In this document: in pieces, positions 47,966 to 57,467 of the stretch | Layout: each line of letters begins with the position of its first letter | How positions within the stretch are numbered: the first letter of the stretch is position 1 | Source: Eubacteriales bacterium | GTDB lineage: Bacteria > Bacillota > Clostridia > Oscillospirales > CAG-272 | Assembly (NCBI GenBank): GCA_045597145.1 | Contig: JAZODU010000007.1 | Coordinates: 1,296 to 65,295 of the forward strand | Length of the DNA stretch: 64,000 bases | Direction of reading: 5' to 3' | The notes under the pieces: model-generated | What the model was told of the DNA's origin: nothing | Database searches by the model: none | What the model saw: only the letters and a program-made list of their open reading frames with translations | Position numbers and translations under genes: made by a program

Positions 47966-49014
47966 TGCTGTTTCTCCAATTCTTTCTTTTCCTTTTCGTA
48001 TGCGGCAAGCTTACCGTTCCAGACCTCGGCAAGGTCGTTTTCACCGCTGTGATCCGAAAGTCCGTATTGTTCCTGCAGAAGCTTGCCGAAATAGGACGTC
48101 AGCTTCTCTGCTCCGCAGACGTTGAGATGCACGCCCGCGTCGTAGGTGTCGGTTGACCAGTCGATGCCGATCTCCTCGTTATCGATAAAGTTGTAGTAAT
48201 CCAAGCCGTTCTCCGCGGCATAATCGCAGATCTGCGCATCCCACTCGTCGTACCACCAGTATTTCCAGTTGTTGGTGGGGGCTTTGATGAGCACCAGCTC
48301 CGCGCCGTTTTTCTCGCACAGCGCGTGCATTTTGTCAAGGTATTCAAAGCTGATCTCGGGAAGCGTATAATCCGACAGACGAACGCCCTCGCGCTCATGC
48401 TCGGGCCGCGGCTTGACCGCCGTTTGCATCAGATACCCGTTGTGCGACACGGTGTCGCGCGAGAAGAGGTATTTCCAATCCTCCTTCGTCAATTCACTCC
48501 AACGGCTGTGAAAGCGCAGGAGCGGAAAGATATAGGACAGAAGATTTTCCTCCTCGGTCATGGACGCTTTGATCGCTGCAAGCTTGATGTCCGACCATTT
48601 CATGCCGTCCAGCGTCATGCGGTTGTATTCCTCGTTCTGCGGCTCGCCGTATTTCATGGCGAGGACGTTGAACACGACCACCTTCGGCTGTTCGATTGTA
48701 AAGGTTTCCTCAAGCAGATAGTAGGATTGCCAGATGAGCTGCTGGGCACTGCCGCGGATATAGGAGGTAATGCCGTACTCCTCCCAAAGTGTGGGCGGTG
48801 TGAAGGATTCGTAGACCTCGCAGTCCCCCACGAAGATCACGTCGTGCGCAGTGGTCTCATTGTAGTATTCCGCAATGAGTGCCCCCTCACGCGTGAGAAA
48901 GCTCATGTATTTGGGCATCACCAGTGCCTGCACGAAGGCGAGCATCCCCACGGTGGAGGCAACGATCGCCACACACAAGAGGACTGTGACGCAGATACGG
49001 ATTGGTTTTTTCAT
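47962..49014 (-). CDS. membrane-anchored SGNH/GDSL-like protein (DltD/PatB-like partner of the MBOAT)
   Basis: N-terminal TM. VIFVGDCEVYESF is block I-like. DAGVHLNVCGAEKLT is block V (D..H). Confidence 0.65.
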   Translation of the reverse strand: MKKPIRICVTVLLCVAIVASTVGMLAFVQALVMPKYMSFLTREGALIAEYYNETTAHDVIFVGDCEVYESFTPPTLWEEYGITSYIRGSAQQLIWQSYYLLEETFTIEQPKVVVFNVLAMKYGEPQNEEYNRMTLDGMKWSDIKLAAIKASMTEEENLLSYIFPLLRFHSRWSELTKEDWKYLFSRDTVSHNGYLMQTAVKPRPEHEREGVRLSDYTLPEISFEYLDKMHALCEKNGAELVLIKAPTNNWKYWWYDEWDAQICDYAAENGLDYYNFIDNEEIGIDWSTDTYDAGVHLNVCGAEKLTSYFGKLLQEQYGLSDHSGENDLAEVWNGKLAAYEKEKKELEKQQ

Positions 49015-49027
49015 AGTTCTCCTTTAT

Positions 49028-50620
49028 TCAGAACTGCGTATAGATGAATGCCGACGCATCGTATCCGATGCCGTACGTACCGAAAATCAGCACCGCCAAG
49101 AGCAAGAGACACACGCACAGACAGGACAGCACGGGGTGCGTCGCCAAGCGATGGCGCACGGGCTTGTCCCTCCCCCACGTACTGACGGCACAGATCAATA
49201 CAACGCTGACGAAAATGACGCACCACGCAGGAAGACTCAACAGATGGGTAAAGGACAATTCTCCCACGAAGAGCTCGCGCGCGTTCCAATCGGTGAGCAT
49301 GGTGCCCCACTGACGGAAGGTCAAGGGCACGTCGCGGTAGCAATCAAGGCTGCGGATCAAGCCCATCAGAAGGAAGGTTCGCGTTACCTGAACGCATTCC
49401 CAGAAGTGTGACGCCGACAGACGCGGAAAGTGCTTGCGGAAAATGCGGTAAAGGGGCTCAAGCTCGCGCGACACAAGGATCACAAGGCAATTGAGCAATC
49501 CCCAAACGATAAAATTCCAGCCCGCGCCGTGCCAGAGTCCCGTTAAGATCCAGGTGGCAATCGTAGCGATATACACGGGCAGGCGAAGCCCCAAGCCCTT
49601 GCCGCACTTGTCGCAGACGAAGGAGGAGAGCCGTTGCATCGGCTTGCAGACCGAGAGCGGATAAAAGACGTAATCGGTGAACCACGCGCCCATGGTGATG
49701 TGCCAGCGGTTCCAATATTCCTTGGTGGATTTGGAGGAAAAGGGGCGGTTGAAGTTCTCCGCAAGCTTGATCCCCATCATCTCGGACAGTCCTATGGTGA
49801 TGTCGATCCCTCCCGTAAAGTCGCCGTAGATCTGCGCGGAATACAAGAGGATCAGCAAAAAGACGTACACGCCCGTGTATGTATCGGCATCCGCCAGGAT
49901 CGTCGTGATGGCGATCATGGCGGTGTCGGCAAGCAGAAGCTTTTTAAAATAGCCCCACATCACACGCAAAAGCCCTGCGCGGAAGGAAAAGGCATCGAAT
50001 TTGTGCGGCGCGACGAGCTGCTCGTGCAAAGCACCGAAGCGGCTGATCGGTCCTTGCAAAATTTGCGGGAAGAAGGACACGAACAGAAGAAGCCTTGCAA
50101 AATTCCGCTCGGCGCGCACGCTTTTGCGGTAAACGTCGATCAGATACCCCATGGATTGGAAGGTATAGAAGGAGATTCCCAGCGGCAAGAGTAGGCTTGG
50201 GATCGTGACGCCGCGCGCGCCGAACGCCGAAGCCACGGAGTTGACGCCCTCAAGCACGAACGCGGTGTATTTGAGCACGGCAAGCATACCAAAGCCGAGG
50301 ACAAGACCCGCCACCAGGATGCGGAAGCGTTTCTTCTTCTCACGTGCGCGGTAAGCCTTACGCTCGGATTTTTCCATGGTTGCGCGGTTTGCCTCCACGT
50401 ATGCGTCCTCACGGTCGGCACGCGCTTGCAAGAGGCGCGAGGTCAGGTAGGTGATCAGCGCCGTATAGAAAATAAAGATCAGATATTCCCTGCCCGCCAA
50501 TGCGTAAAACACAAGGCTTGACGCAAGCAAGACCCACCACTGCATCCGTTTTGGGACGGTGAAATACAACAGCAGCGTCACGGCGGCGAAGAGAACGAAC
50601 GCAGCGGACGTAAAGAGCAT
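49028..50620 (-). CDS. MBOAT family O-acyltransferase (DltB/AlgI/PatA-like)
   Basis: 530 aa and polytopic. It starts MLFTSAAF and has the conserved region RWHITMGAWFTDYVFYP containing the MBOAT His. Confidence 0.85.
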   Translation of the reverse strand: MLFTSAAFVLFAAVTLLLYFTVPKRMQWWVLLASSLVFYALAGREYLIFIFYTALITYLTSRLLQARADREDAYVEANRATMEKSERKAYRAREKKKRFRILVAGLVLGFGMLAVLKYTAFVLEGVNSVASAFGARGVTIPSLLLPLGISFYTFQSMGYLIDVYRKSVRAERNFARLLLFVSFFPQILQGPISRFGALHEQLVAPHKFDAFSFRAGLLRVMWGYFKKLLLADTAMIAITTILADADTYTGVYVFLLILLYSAQIYGDFTGGIDITIGLSEMMGIKLAENFNRPFSSKSTKEYWNRWHITMGAWFTDYVFYPLSVCKPMQRLSSFVCDKCGKGLGLRLPVYIATIATWILTGLWHGAGWNFIVWGLLNCLVILVSRELEPLYRIFRKHFPRLSASHFWECVQVTRTFLLMGLIRSLDCYRDVPLTFRQWGTMLTDWNARELFVGELSFTHLLSLPAWCVIFVSVVLICAVSTWGRDKPVRHRLATHPVLSCLCVCLLLLAVLIFGTYGIGYDASAFIYTQF

Positions 50621-50626
50621 CGTGGC

Positions 50627-50854
50627 TTATTCCTCGTCCAGCCGCTCGATCAGCGCGTAAATGGTATTGACGTTCTGAAAGTTTTCGGGCAGGAGCTCCT
50701 CTGCGGGGATCTGCACGTCAAATTCGCGTGCGATCTCGGTCACAAGGCGCACCATATCGAGGGAATCCAGCACGCCCTCCTCGTAAAGATCCTCGATCTC
50801 ACGAAAATCCACATCGGGGTGCAGGCGACCCAGTATCTCTAAAAGCTTTTCCAT
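50627..50854 (-). CDS. acyl/D-alanyl carrier protein (DltC-like)
   Basis: 75 aa with the phosphopantetheine attachment motif GVLDSLDMV. Confidence 0.8.
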   Translation of the reverse strand: MEKLLEILGRLHPDVDFREIEDLYEEGVLDSLDMVRLVTEIAREFDVQIPAEELLPENFQNVNTIYALIERLDEE

Positions 50855-50972
50855 AGTATCACGTTCCTTTCAAGCATCTATATATTATTATACATTTTTC
50901 CGCTATTTCTGTCAAGGCAAAAACGCAGGTTTTTAAAATATTTCGGCAGCGGCAGATTGTTGCCGCCACCTC

Positions 50973-51001
50973 TTGACACGGTGCTTTTTTTGTGATAAAA
51001 T
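50973..51001 (+). promoter_or_regulatory. SigA promoter (extended -10)
   Basis: TTGACA, 17 nt, TGATAAAAT. Confidence 0.6.
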
Positions 51002-51043
51002 GGTAGCGTATGCAAACAAATGTCAAAGGAAAGGACATTCGAT

Positions 51044-52327
51044 ATGCTTTCAAAAGAAATTTGCGCCACATACGAGGCGATCCTTGCCGAGGAATTACAG
51101 CCTGCGATGGGCTGCACCGAGCCGATCGCGATCGCTTACGCGTCGGCAATCCTGCGCGATCTGTTAGGGGTTGCACCCGAGATGATCGACATCTCGCTCA
51201 GCGGCAATATCATCAAAAACGTCAAAAGCGTCATCGTTCCCGCAACAGGCGGCATGCACGGCATCGAGGCTGCTGTCGCGGCAGGCATCATTTCGGGTCG
51301 CTACGACAAAAAGCTGGAGCTGCTGTCGGTTCTGGACGAGGACGGACGCATTCGCGTCAGAGCCTATCTTGAAAAGTGCCCCATGAAGGTGTCCGAGCTG
51401 AACACCACCTGCACGTTCGATCTGCTTCTGTTCGGCACGGCAGGCGAACACTCCGCGCGCGTCAGAATCACGGGCTATCACACCAATCTCATTCTTGCCG
51501 AGCGCGACGGGATCAATCTGACTGCAGAATACGTGAGCGAGAGCGCGGAAAACAGCACCAAAAACGATTCCGACCGCTCGCTTCTCAACGTCAAGGATAT
51601 CGTTGCCTTTGCAGACGAGGCGGCTCTGGATCGCGTGCGTCCGTATCTGATGCGACAGATCGAGCTGAACACGGCGATCGCCGAGGAGGGCTTGCGCAAC
51701 AAGTACGGCGCGTCCATCGGACAGCTGATCTGGCGCGACGGCAACATATCGGTCAAGGACAAGGCGCGCGCCTATGCGGCGGCAGGCTCGGACGCTCGTA
51801 TGAGCGGCTGTGAATTCCCCGTTTGCATCATTTCCGAGAGCGGCAACCAAGGCATGACGGCATCGCTCCCCGTGATTATTTACGCACGCGAGAACGGGAT
51901 CGACGAGGACACGCTTCTGCGTGCGCTGATCGTGTCGGACCTCGTCACGGTACATCAAAAAACGGGCATCGGCTGTCTGTCGGCTTACTGCGGTGCGATC
52001 AGCGCGGGCTGCGGCTGCGGCGCGGGAATCTGCTATCTGGCGGGCGGACGCTACTACGAGATCGCACACGCCGTGGTCAACGCGGTGGCGATCCTTTCGG
52101 GCACCATCTGTGACGGTGCCAAGCCCTCGTGCGCGGCAAAGATCGCCATGGCGGTCGAGGCGGGCTTTATGGGCTTTGAAATGGCGTCCACAGGTCGGCA
52201 GTTCTACGGCGGCGACGGTATAATCACAAAGGGCGTTGAAAACACCATTCGCAACATCGGACTTCTTGCCCGCGACGGCATGGGAGAAACCGACAAAGAG
52301 ATCATCAAGATCATGCTTGAGAATTAA
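51044..52327 (+). CDS. UPF0597/L-cysteine desulfidase family protein (serine dehydratase alpha-like)
   Basis: ILAEELQPAMGCTEPIAIAYASA is the family hallmark. The start is ATG 51044 or 51020. Confidence 0.8.
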   Translation: MLSKEICATYEAILAEELQPAMGCTEPIAIAYASAILRDLLGVAPEMIDISLSGNIIKNVKSVIVPATGGMHGIEAAVAAGIISGRYDKKLELLSVLDEDGRIRVRAYLEKCPMKVSELNTTCTFDLLLFGTAGEHSARVRITGYHTNLILAERDGINLTAEYVSESAENSTKNDSDRSLLNVKDIVAFADEAALDRVRPYLMRQIELNTAIAEEGLRNKYGASIGQLIWRDGNISVKDKARAYAAAGSDARMSGCEFPVCIISESGNQGMTASLPVIIYARENGIDEDTLLRALIVSDLVTVHQKTGIGCLSAYCGAISAGCGCGAGICYLAGGRYYEIAHAVVNAVAILSGTICDGAKPSCAAKIAMAVEAGFMGFEMASTGRQFYGGDGIITKGVENTIRNIGLLARDGMGETDKEIIKIMLEN

Positions 52328-52365
52328 AAAACAGGCGTTCGCTTTTCAGCGAACGCCTGTTTTTT
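52328..52365. terminator. bidirectional intrinsic terminator
   Basis: AAAACAGGCGTTCGC-TTTTCA-GCGAACGCCTGTTTT. The stop of the minus-strand gene sits in the loop. Confidence 0.9.
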
Positions 52366-53473
52366 CCTCTTCCCCCTTGCGGAAGATATCCGTAAAGAGG
52401 TTCTTTCCGTTTTTCTTGATCAGGTCGCTCATCATGGTCTGCACCGTTTCGTGCACCTTGGGATCCAGCGTTTTGCTGTGGCTGAGCCACTTTTTGCGCA
52501 CCGCCACAAGATCCGTCAGGGTCTTGACCCCCTCAACGGCAAAGAGCTGGTACACCGCCGCAGAAAATTCCGCTCTCTGCTCGGGCGTCATATCCTTAAT
52601 CCATTGATTGATGGTCTTGTCGGCGCGACGGCTCTCGGGCGTGATATTCTTCAAATGCACGAAGGAATTGCCCATGACCTCCCACGTCAGCCCATTGTGC
52701 TGAAGCAACCCCGCCTGACGGCTTTTGACCACGGTCAGGTGGTTGTCATGCTCCAAAAGAACGCCTACGACCGATGCCTGCGGCACAAGATTGCGGATCA
52801 CGGGGCGCATTTCCAGATACACGGGGTCGTCCAAAAACGCACGTGTAAAGCCGGGACCCTCGTTGCTGTAGACAGCCTTAATGCGCTTGCGGATCGCCTT
52901 GCGGCATTTGACCGCCGCATAGACCGCCAGATTTCCGCCCTTGCTGTGCCCTGTGCAGATCAAGGAGCCGCTGTGCGCGGTTGCCGCCTGGCGCAGATAC
53001 TCGACCGCCGCCTCCTGCGAGGGGATCACGGGAAGGTAGCACATGTTCATATCCTCCTTCCAGCCGATCAAGGTGTCGTCCGTGCCGCGATAGGTCACGA
53101 CCGCCGTGCCGTCGTCGAGCAAAAAGGTGATTGCGGAGAATTGCTTTTCCGCCACCTCGTCCACCTCGTTGACGAACGCCTTCATCTCAACGCCGCGAAA
53201 GCGTCTGGTATCCTTGAGCTTGCGGAACAGGGGTCCGATATCCTTGGGGATCAGGACACCCGGCGTCATTTTTTTAGGATCGGGATAGCGCGACTGAAGC
53301 TTTGTCGCCGCGCCACGCAGCGTGATGCCGCTCTCGTCGTGCGAGGCTGGCACGATGCCTTGGTAATCGAGATAGGAGATCATGGAAAAGATCAGACAGT
53401 CGACCTCGTTGGGCGGTGCTTCGGAAAACGCCAGGTCTCCTCGCCAGCTCAGATAATCGAATAACGTTCCCAT
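52346..53473 (-). CDS. Mbeg1-like/DUF2974 alpha/beta-hydrolase (lipase class 3-like)
   Basis: MGTLFDYLSWRGDLAF and the nucleophile elbow GHSKGG. ATG 53473 follows AAGGAGGAG. Confidence 0.75.
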   Translation of the reverse strand: MGTLFDYLSWRGDLAFSEAPPNEVDCLIFSMISYLDYQGIVPASHDESGITLRGAATKLQSRYPDPKKMTPGVLIPKDIGPLFRKLKDTRRFRGVEMKAFVNEVDEVAEKQFSAITFLLDDGTAVVTYRGTDDTLIGWKEDMNMCYLPVIPSQEAAVEYLRQAATAHSGSLICTGHSKGGNLAVYAAVKCRKAIRKRIKAVYSNEGPGFTRAFLDDPVYLEMRPVIRNLVPQASVVGVLLEHDNHLTVVKSRQAGLLQHNGLTWEVMGNSFVHLKNITPESRRADKTINQWIKDMTPEQRAEFSAAVYQLFAVEGVKTLTDLVAVRKKWLSHSKTLDPKVHETVQTMMSDLIKKNGKNLFTDIFRKGEEEKTGVR

Positions 53474-53495
53474 AGATCTCCTCCTTTCCAAAGGA

Positions 53496-54980
53496 TCAAC
53501 CGTGATACAGTCGCTTGGTTTCGTACACGGGCTCGCAGGTCAAGTTGATGCCCAGCTTTTTCAGGGTATGCTCGTCGTTTGCCGAGAGGATCACGGACGA
53601 ATGCATCTCGCAGTAGCGCAGGTTGGAGAGCTGCTCGGTCGCCTTTTGCGCGATCGGATCGTGCACCGCGCAAATAGAGAGCGCGATGAGCAATTCGTCG
53701 GGGTGCAGACGCGGATTCTTGCTGCCGAGAAGCCCCACCTTGAGGTTGGTGATCGGCTCGAGGATCCCGGGAGAGATCAGATCGATGCGATCGTCAATGT
53801 CCGCCATTGTCTTGAGCGCATTGAGCAGTGCCGCCGACGCAGCGCCGAGCAGACGCGAGGTCTTGCCCGTGACGATCCTGCCGTCGGGAAGCTCCAGTGC
53901 CGTTGCGGGCTTTCCCGTTGCCTCGGCTTTGGCGCGTGCCGCCTCCGCAACGTGGCGGAAATCGGTGTCAATGCCTGCCGACTGCATGATCAGCTTCAGC
54001 TTTTCGACCTCGTGCGCGCCTCCGTTCCCCTTGCGCTGATTGGACAGCACCGTATAGTAACGGCGCACGATCTCCATTTTCGCCGCATCGCCCACGGCGT
54101 CGTTATCCACGATACAGTTCCCTGCCATATTCACGCCCATATCCGTGGGGGATTTATAGGGAGACGCGCCGTGAATGCGCTGGAACATAGCGTTGAGAAC
54201 AGGAAAGATCTCCACGTCGCGGTTGTAGTTGACCGCGGTTTCGCCGTACGCCTCGAGGTGGAAGGGGTCGATCATGTTCAGGTCGTTGAGGTCGGCGGTT
54301 GCCGCCTCGTAAGCGATATTGACGGGGTGCTTGAGCGAGAGATTCCACACGGGGAAGGTTTCAAACTTTGCGTACCCCGCCTGCTTCCCTCTCTTGTGAT
54401 CGTGATAGATCTGGCTCAGGCACACTGCCATCTTGCCACTGCCGGGGCCCGGTGCGGTGACGACGACGAGCGAACGCGAGGTTTCGATATATTCATTCTT
54501 CCCGTAGCCCTCGTCGCTGACGATGGTATCGATCGCAGCGGGGTATCCCGGAATGGAGTAGTGGCGGTAAACGCGCACGCCGAGAGATTCCAGACGCGTC
54601 TGGAACTTGTTTGCGGCGGGCTGATCCTGCCAGCGTGTCAGCACGACGCTTCCCACAAACAGCCCGAAGCTGCGAAACGCATCGATCAGTCGCAGAACGT
54701 CGAGATCGTATGTAATCCCGAGGTCACCGCGCACCTTATTCTTTTCGATGTCGTTTGCGTTGATGACGATCACGATCTCCGCCTCTTCCTTGAGCTGGAT
54801 CAGCATGCGCACCTTACTGTCGGGTGCAAAGCCCGGAAGAACGCGCGCGGCGTGGTAGTCGTCAAACAGCTTGCCGCCAAACTCCAGATACAGCTTGCCG
54901 CCGAACTGGTCGATGCGCTGACGGATATGCGAGGACTGCATTTCTATATATTTTTCATTGTCAAAGCCGATTTTATACAT
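53496..54980 (-). CDS. DUF1846 (UPF0371) family protein
   Basis: MYKIGFDNEKYIEMQSSHIRQRIDQFGGKLYLEFGGKLFDDYHAARVLPGF is the typical family N-terminus. Confidence 0.85.
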   Translation of the reverse strand: MYKIGFDNEKYIEMQSSHIRQRIDQFGGKLYLEFGGKLFDDYHAARVLPGFAPDSKVRMLIQLKEEAEIVIVINANDIEKNKVRGDLGITYDLDVLRLIDAFRSFGLFVGSVVLTRWQDQPAANKFQTRLESLGVRVYRHYSIPGYPAAIDTIVSDEGYGKNEYIETSRSLVVVTAPGPGSGKMAVCLSQIYHDHKRGKQAGYAKFETFPVWNLSLKHPVNIAYEAATADLNDLNMIDPFHLEAYGETAVNYNRDVEIFPVLNAMFQRIHGASPYKSPTDMGVNMAGNCIVDNDAVGDAAKMEIVRRYYTVLSNQRKGNGGAHEVEKLKLIMQSAGIDTDFRHVAEAARAKAEATGKPATALELPDGRIVTGKTSRLLGAASAALLNALKTMADIDDRIDLISPGILEPITNLKVGLLGSKNPRLHPDELLIALSICAVHDPIAQKATEQLSNLRYCEMHSSVILSANDEHTLKKLGINLTCEPVYETKRLYHG

Positions 54981-54993
54981 CTCTGCGTTCTCC

Positions 54994-56301
54994 TTATGCT
55001 TGTTCGGGGTAAGAAACCGTGATATTGCCATCGGCACTCGTATGGAGTGCACAGGAATAGAAGCTCTTCATTGCATCGGCAAGATACGCCGCATCGCGGC
55101 AGCCTGCCGTTTCGTATGCGGAATGCATGGCGAGCTGTGCCATGCCAATATCCACGCTCAACACGGGAACGTAAGTGTTTGCGATCGAGCCGAGGGTCGA
55201 TCCGCCCGCCATATCGCTTCGGTTGGCAAACGTCTGGACGGGAACGCCCGCGTGCTTGCAAATATCCGCAAAAACGGAGGCGGAGAGCGCGTCGGTCGTG
55301 TATTTTTGCGCCGCATTGTACTTGATGACCACACCGCCGCCCATGAAAGGTGCGTTTTGCGCGTCGCTCAATTCGGGGTGATTCGGGTGCTTCGCCTGCG
55401 CGTTGTCGGCAGACACCATCATCGAGGAAGCAAGCATTCTGCGCTTGTCCGTACCAACCGCTTCACAGATGCGCGCCAGCGTATCGGAGAGAAACACCGA
55501 GCCCGCGCCCTGCTTGGTGGCGCTTCCCGTTTCCTCGTTGTCAGCCGCGAAAAAGACGTTGACCGAGGATGTGGGTGTACCCTTGAGGAAGCCTTGCAGC
55601 GTGCCCCAAACGCACATGACGTTATCGATGCGGGGGGCGGAGAAAAACTCCTCGGACGCGCCAAAGGTTATGCCCTTGGTGCGATTGTATACGTAAAGAT
55701 CCATACCCGCGATCGCGCTTTCGTCACAACTCAATTCGCTTGCAATCAGGCTCTTGAGCGTGGTGTTCTTCCCCTCTGCAAACAGCGGCAAAAGATCCAC
55801 CGCGGGATTGTAGGCATACCCCGAATTGACGCTGCGGTTGAAGTGGATCGACAGATTGGGGATCACGAGCAGATCGCGATCGATATTGACAAGGCGCGTG
55901 ATAAATTCCCCGTTCTCGGAGAGGATCACACGCCCTGCGACAGAGAGCGGTCGGTCGGTCCACGTCGAAAAGATCGTGCCGCCATAGACCTCGGTGTTGA
56001 TGCGCTGATAGCGATCCATGGACATAGCGATATGCTCATCCTTGACCTTGAACATAGGAGAATCGGTGTGCGATGCGGCGATCAGAAAATGATCGGGTGC
56101 CGTGCTCGGCAATTCAAACGCGATGATCGAGGAGCGGTTGCGCGTGACGTAGTATTTCCCGCCTTGCGTCAGCTTCCATTCGTCGCCCTCGCAAAGCGGC
56201 ACAAATCCGTTTTGCTCCAGTGCGGCAACACAGCTCTCCACCGCGTGAAACGCCGTAGGGCTATTTTCAATAAAATTCAAAAGCTCATGAACAGCACTCA
56301 T
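54994..56301 (-). CDS. M18 family aminopeptidase
   Basis: LLNFIENSPTAFHAV, IAASHTDSP, DNEETGS and SVDIGMAQLAMHS. ATG 56301 lies 7 nt after GAGGG. Confidence 0.88.
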   Translation of the reverse strand: MSAVHELLNFIENSPTAFHAVESCVAALEQNGFVPLCEGDEWKLTQGGKYYVTRNRSSIIAFELPSTAPDHFLIAASHTDSPMFKVKDEHIAMSMDRYQRINTEVYGGTIFSTWTDRPLSVAGRVILSENGEFITRLVNIDRDLLVIPNLSIHFNRSVNSGYAYNPAVDLLPLFAEGKNTTLKSLIASELSCDESAIAGMDLYVYNRTKGITFGASEEFFSAPRIDNVMCVWGTLQGFLKGTPTSSVNVFFAADNEETGSATKQGAGSVFLSDTLARICEAVGTDKRRMLASSMMVSADNAQAKHPNHPELSDAQNAPFMGGGVVIKYNAAQKYTTDALSASVFADICKHAGVPVQTFANRSDMAGGSTLGSIANTYVPVLSVDIGMAQLAMHSAYETAGCRDAAYLADAMKSFYSCALHTSADGNITVSYPEQA

Positions 56302-56467
56302 TTTCCGACCCTCGCTTTCCGTTTCGGACATTATAAAACATCATCATATTATAACACAATCACGTACCAAAATCAATATATTTTTTGTGACATTTGAAAA
56401 ACTTTTGCGGGCTTCCCGACTGTTTTTCGAGTCTTGAAAATTTTTTTGACTTTTTTTGAAAAAGGGG

Positions 56468-56496
56468 TTGCAATTTCAAAACGGTTATGCTATAAT
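56468..56496 (+). promoter_or_regulatory. SigA promoter of tRNA-Val (extended -10) with upstream A/T tracts
   Basis: TTGCAA, 17 nt, TGCTATAAT. Three TTGAAAA tracts lie upstream. Confidence 0.7.
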
Positions 56497-56511
56497 ATAT
56501 ATCGTTGTGAT

Positions 56512-56588
56512 GGAGGCATAGCTCAGTTGGTTAGAGCGCATGCTTGACATGCATGAGGTCATAAGTTCGACTCTTATTGTCTCCACCA
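56512..56588 (+). tRNA. tRNA-Val (anticodon GAC), CCA encoded
   Basis: It folds as a cloverleaf by hand. The acceptor is GGAGGCA/TGTCTCC, the D arm is AGCTCAGTTGGTTAGAGC, the anticodon stem is CATGC/GCATG with loop TTGACAT, the T arm is GGTCATAAGTTCGACT, and it ends ACCA. Confidence 0.92.
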
Positions 56589-56621
56589 AAAAATCCGAAA
56601 GCATTCGCTTTCGGATTTTTT
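56589..56621 (+). terminator. intrinsic terminator after the tRNA
   Basis: ATCCGAAAGC-ATTC-GCTTTCGGAT plus TTTTT. Confidence 0.85.
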
Positions 56622-56647
56622 ATGTTATCTTTGCGGAGGATAATATT

Positions 56648-57121
56648 ATGAACGATGACGTATCAACGAAAAACGCAATAATCAAAGCTAAAGCGCTTAA
56701 AGTCTTACAAACCATTTTATGCTTTTTGATCGGATTGGCTGTAGTGCTTGGTGTTAAATCCTGCATAAGGAATGTCGGAATGCCGGATGACTTTAAAGAG
56801 GCAAAGAAGCTCTTAAAAAAAGAAGGTTTTTCCAAAATAAGATATCTTGATGATGAAGACAAAATAGACGACTTATTTGATGAGCTTGATGTGGATGGTG
56901 ACGGAGTACGGGAAGTGTTGGCTGCGTACAATAACGATTCCGAGGATTTCTTTTTTGTTCTATATTGCGATGATGTATCGTGTGCAAAAGAAGTGTTAGA
57001 CGAATTTTCATGGGCTTTAGCCATGGATGATATTCTTTATCACAGAGGATACGCTGTCGAAATAAGTTATCGAACAGTATATTTCGGACATGAAGATCTA
57101 ATCTCTGAGTTGATTCGGTGA
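56648..57121 (+). CDS. hypothetical membrane-anchored protein (AT-rich islet)
   Basis: A GGAGGA SD precedes ATG 56648. It has one N-terminal TM and an acidic C-terminal domain. The upstream part of the track ORF overlaps the tRNA and is rejected. Confidence 0.55.
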   Translation: MNDDVSTKNAIIKAKALKVLQTILCFLIGLAVVLGVKSCIRNVGMPDDFKEAKKLLKKEGFSKIRYLDDEDKIDDLFDELDVDGDGVREVLAAYNNDSEDFFFVLYCDDVSCAKEVLDEFSWALAMDDILYHRGYAVEISYRTVYFGHEDLISELIR

Positions 57122-57130
57122 GTTAGGTTC

Positions 57131-57167
57131 ACCGCCCTTTTGTCGTTTGACAAAAGGGCGGTTTTTT
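57131..57167 (+). terminator. intrinsic terminator
   Basis: ACCGCCCTTTTGTC-GTTT-GACAAAAGGGCGGT plus TTTTT. Confidence 0.9.
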
Positions 57168-57177
57168 CTTGCCGATT

Positions 57178-57393
57178 TTATTGAGATTCTTGTTCCTCTC
57201 GGACATAGACCAAGATATCTTCCACCTTGCAATCAAGACACGCGCACAAATCGTTCAGTGTCACCGTACTGATCGGACGATTGTGCTTCAAGCGATCGAG
57301 CAAGCTTCGGCTAAAGCCGAAGTGATTAACCATTTTATAAGTGGACACTCCCCTTTTTTTCATTGTTTCATAAAGTGGTGTATATGAGATCAT
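57178..57393 (-). CDS. small XRE/Cro-type HTH transcriptional regulator (about 71 aa)
   Basis: MISYTPLYETMKKRGVSTYKMVNHFGFSRSLLDRLKHNRPISTVTLNDLCACLDCKVEDIL belongs to a common Firmicutes HTH family. ATG 57393 lies 6 nt after GGAGGG. Confidence 0.8.
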   Translation of the reverse strand: MISYTPLYETMKKRGVSTYKMVNHFGFSRSLLDRLKHNRPISTVTLNDLCACLDCKVEDILVYVREEQESQ

Positions 57394-57416
57394 TGTCAAC
57401 CCTCCTTCACATTTTT

Positions 57417-57467
57417 ATTATAAAATATGCTTTAAGTATTGACAATTGTCTATAAATAGAGTATAAT
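57417..57467. promoter_or_regulatory. back-to-back divergent SigA promoters with overlapping -35 boxes
   Basis: Plus strand: TTGACA (57439-57444), 17 nt, TATAAT (57462-57467). Minus strand: TTGTCA (57445-57440), 17 nt, TATAAT (57422-57417). The shared -35 region forms the 10-bp palindrome GACAATTGTC. Confidence 0.6.
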
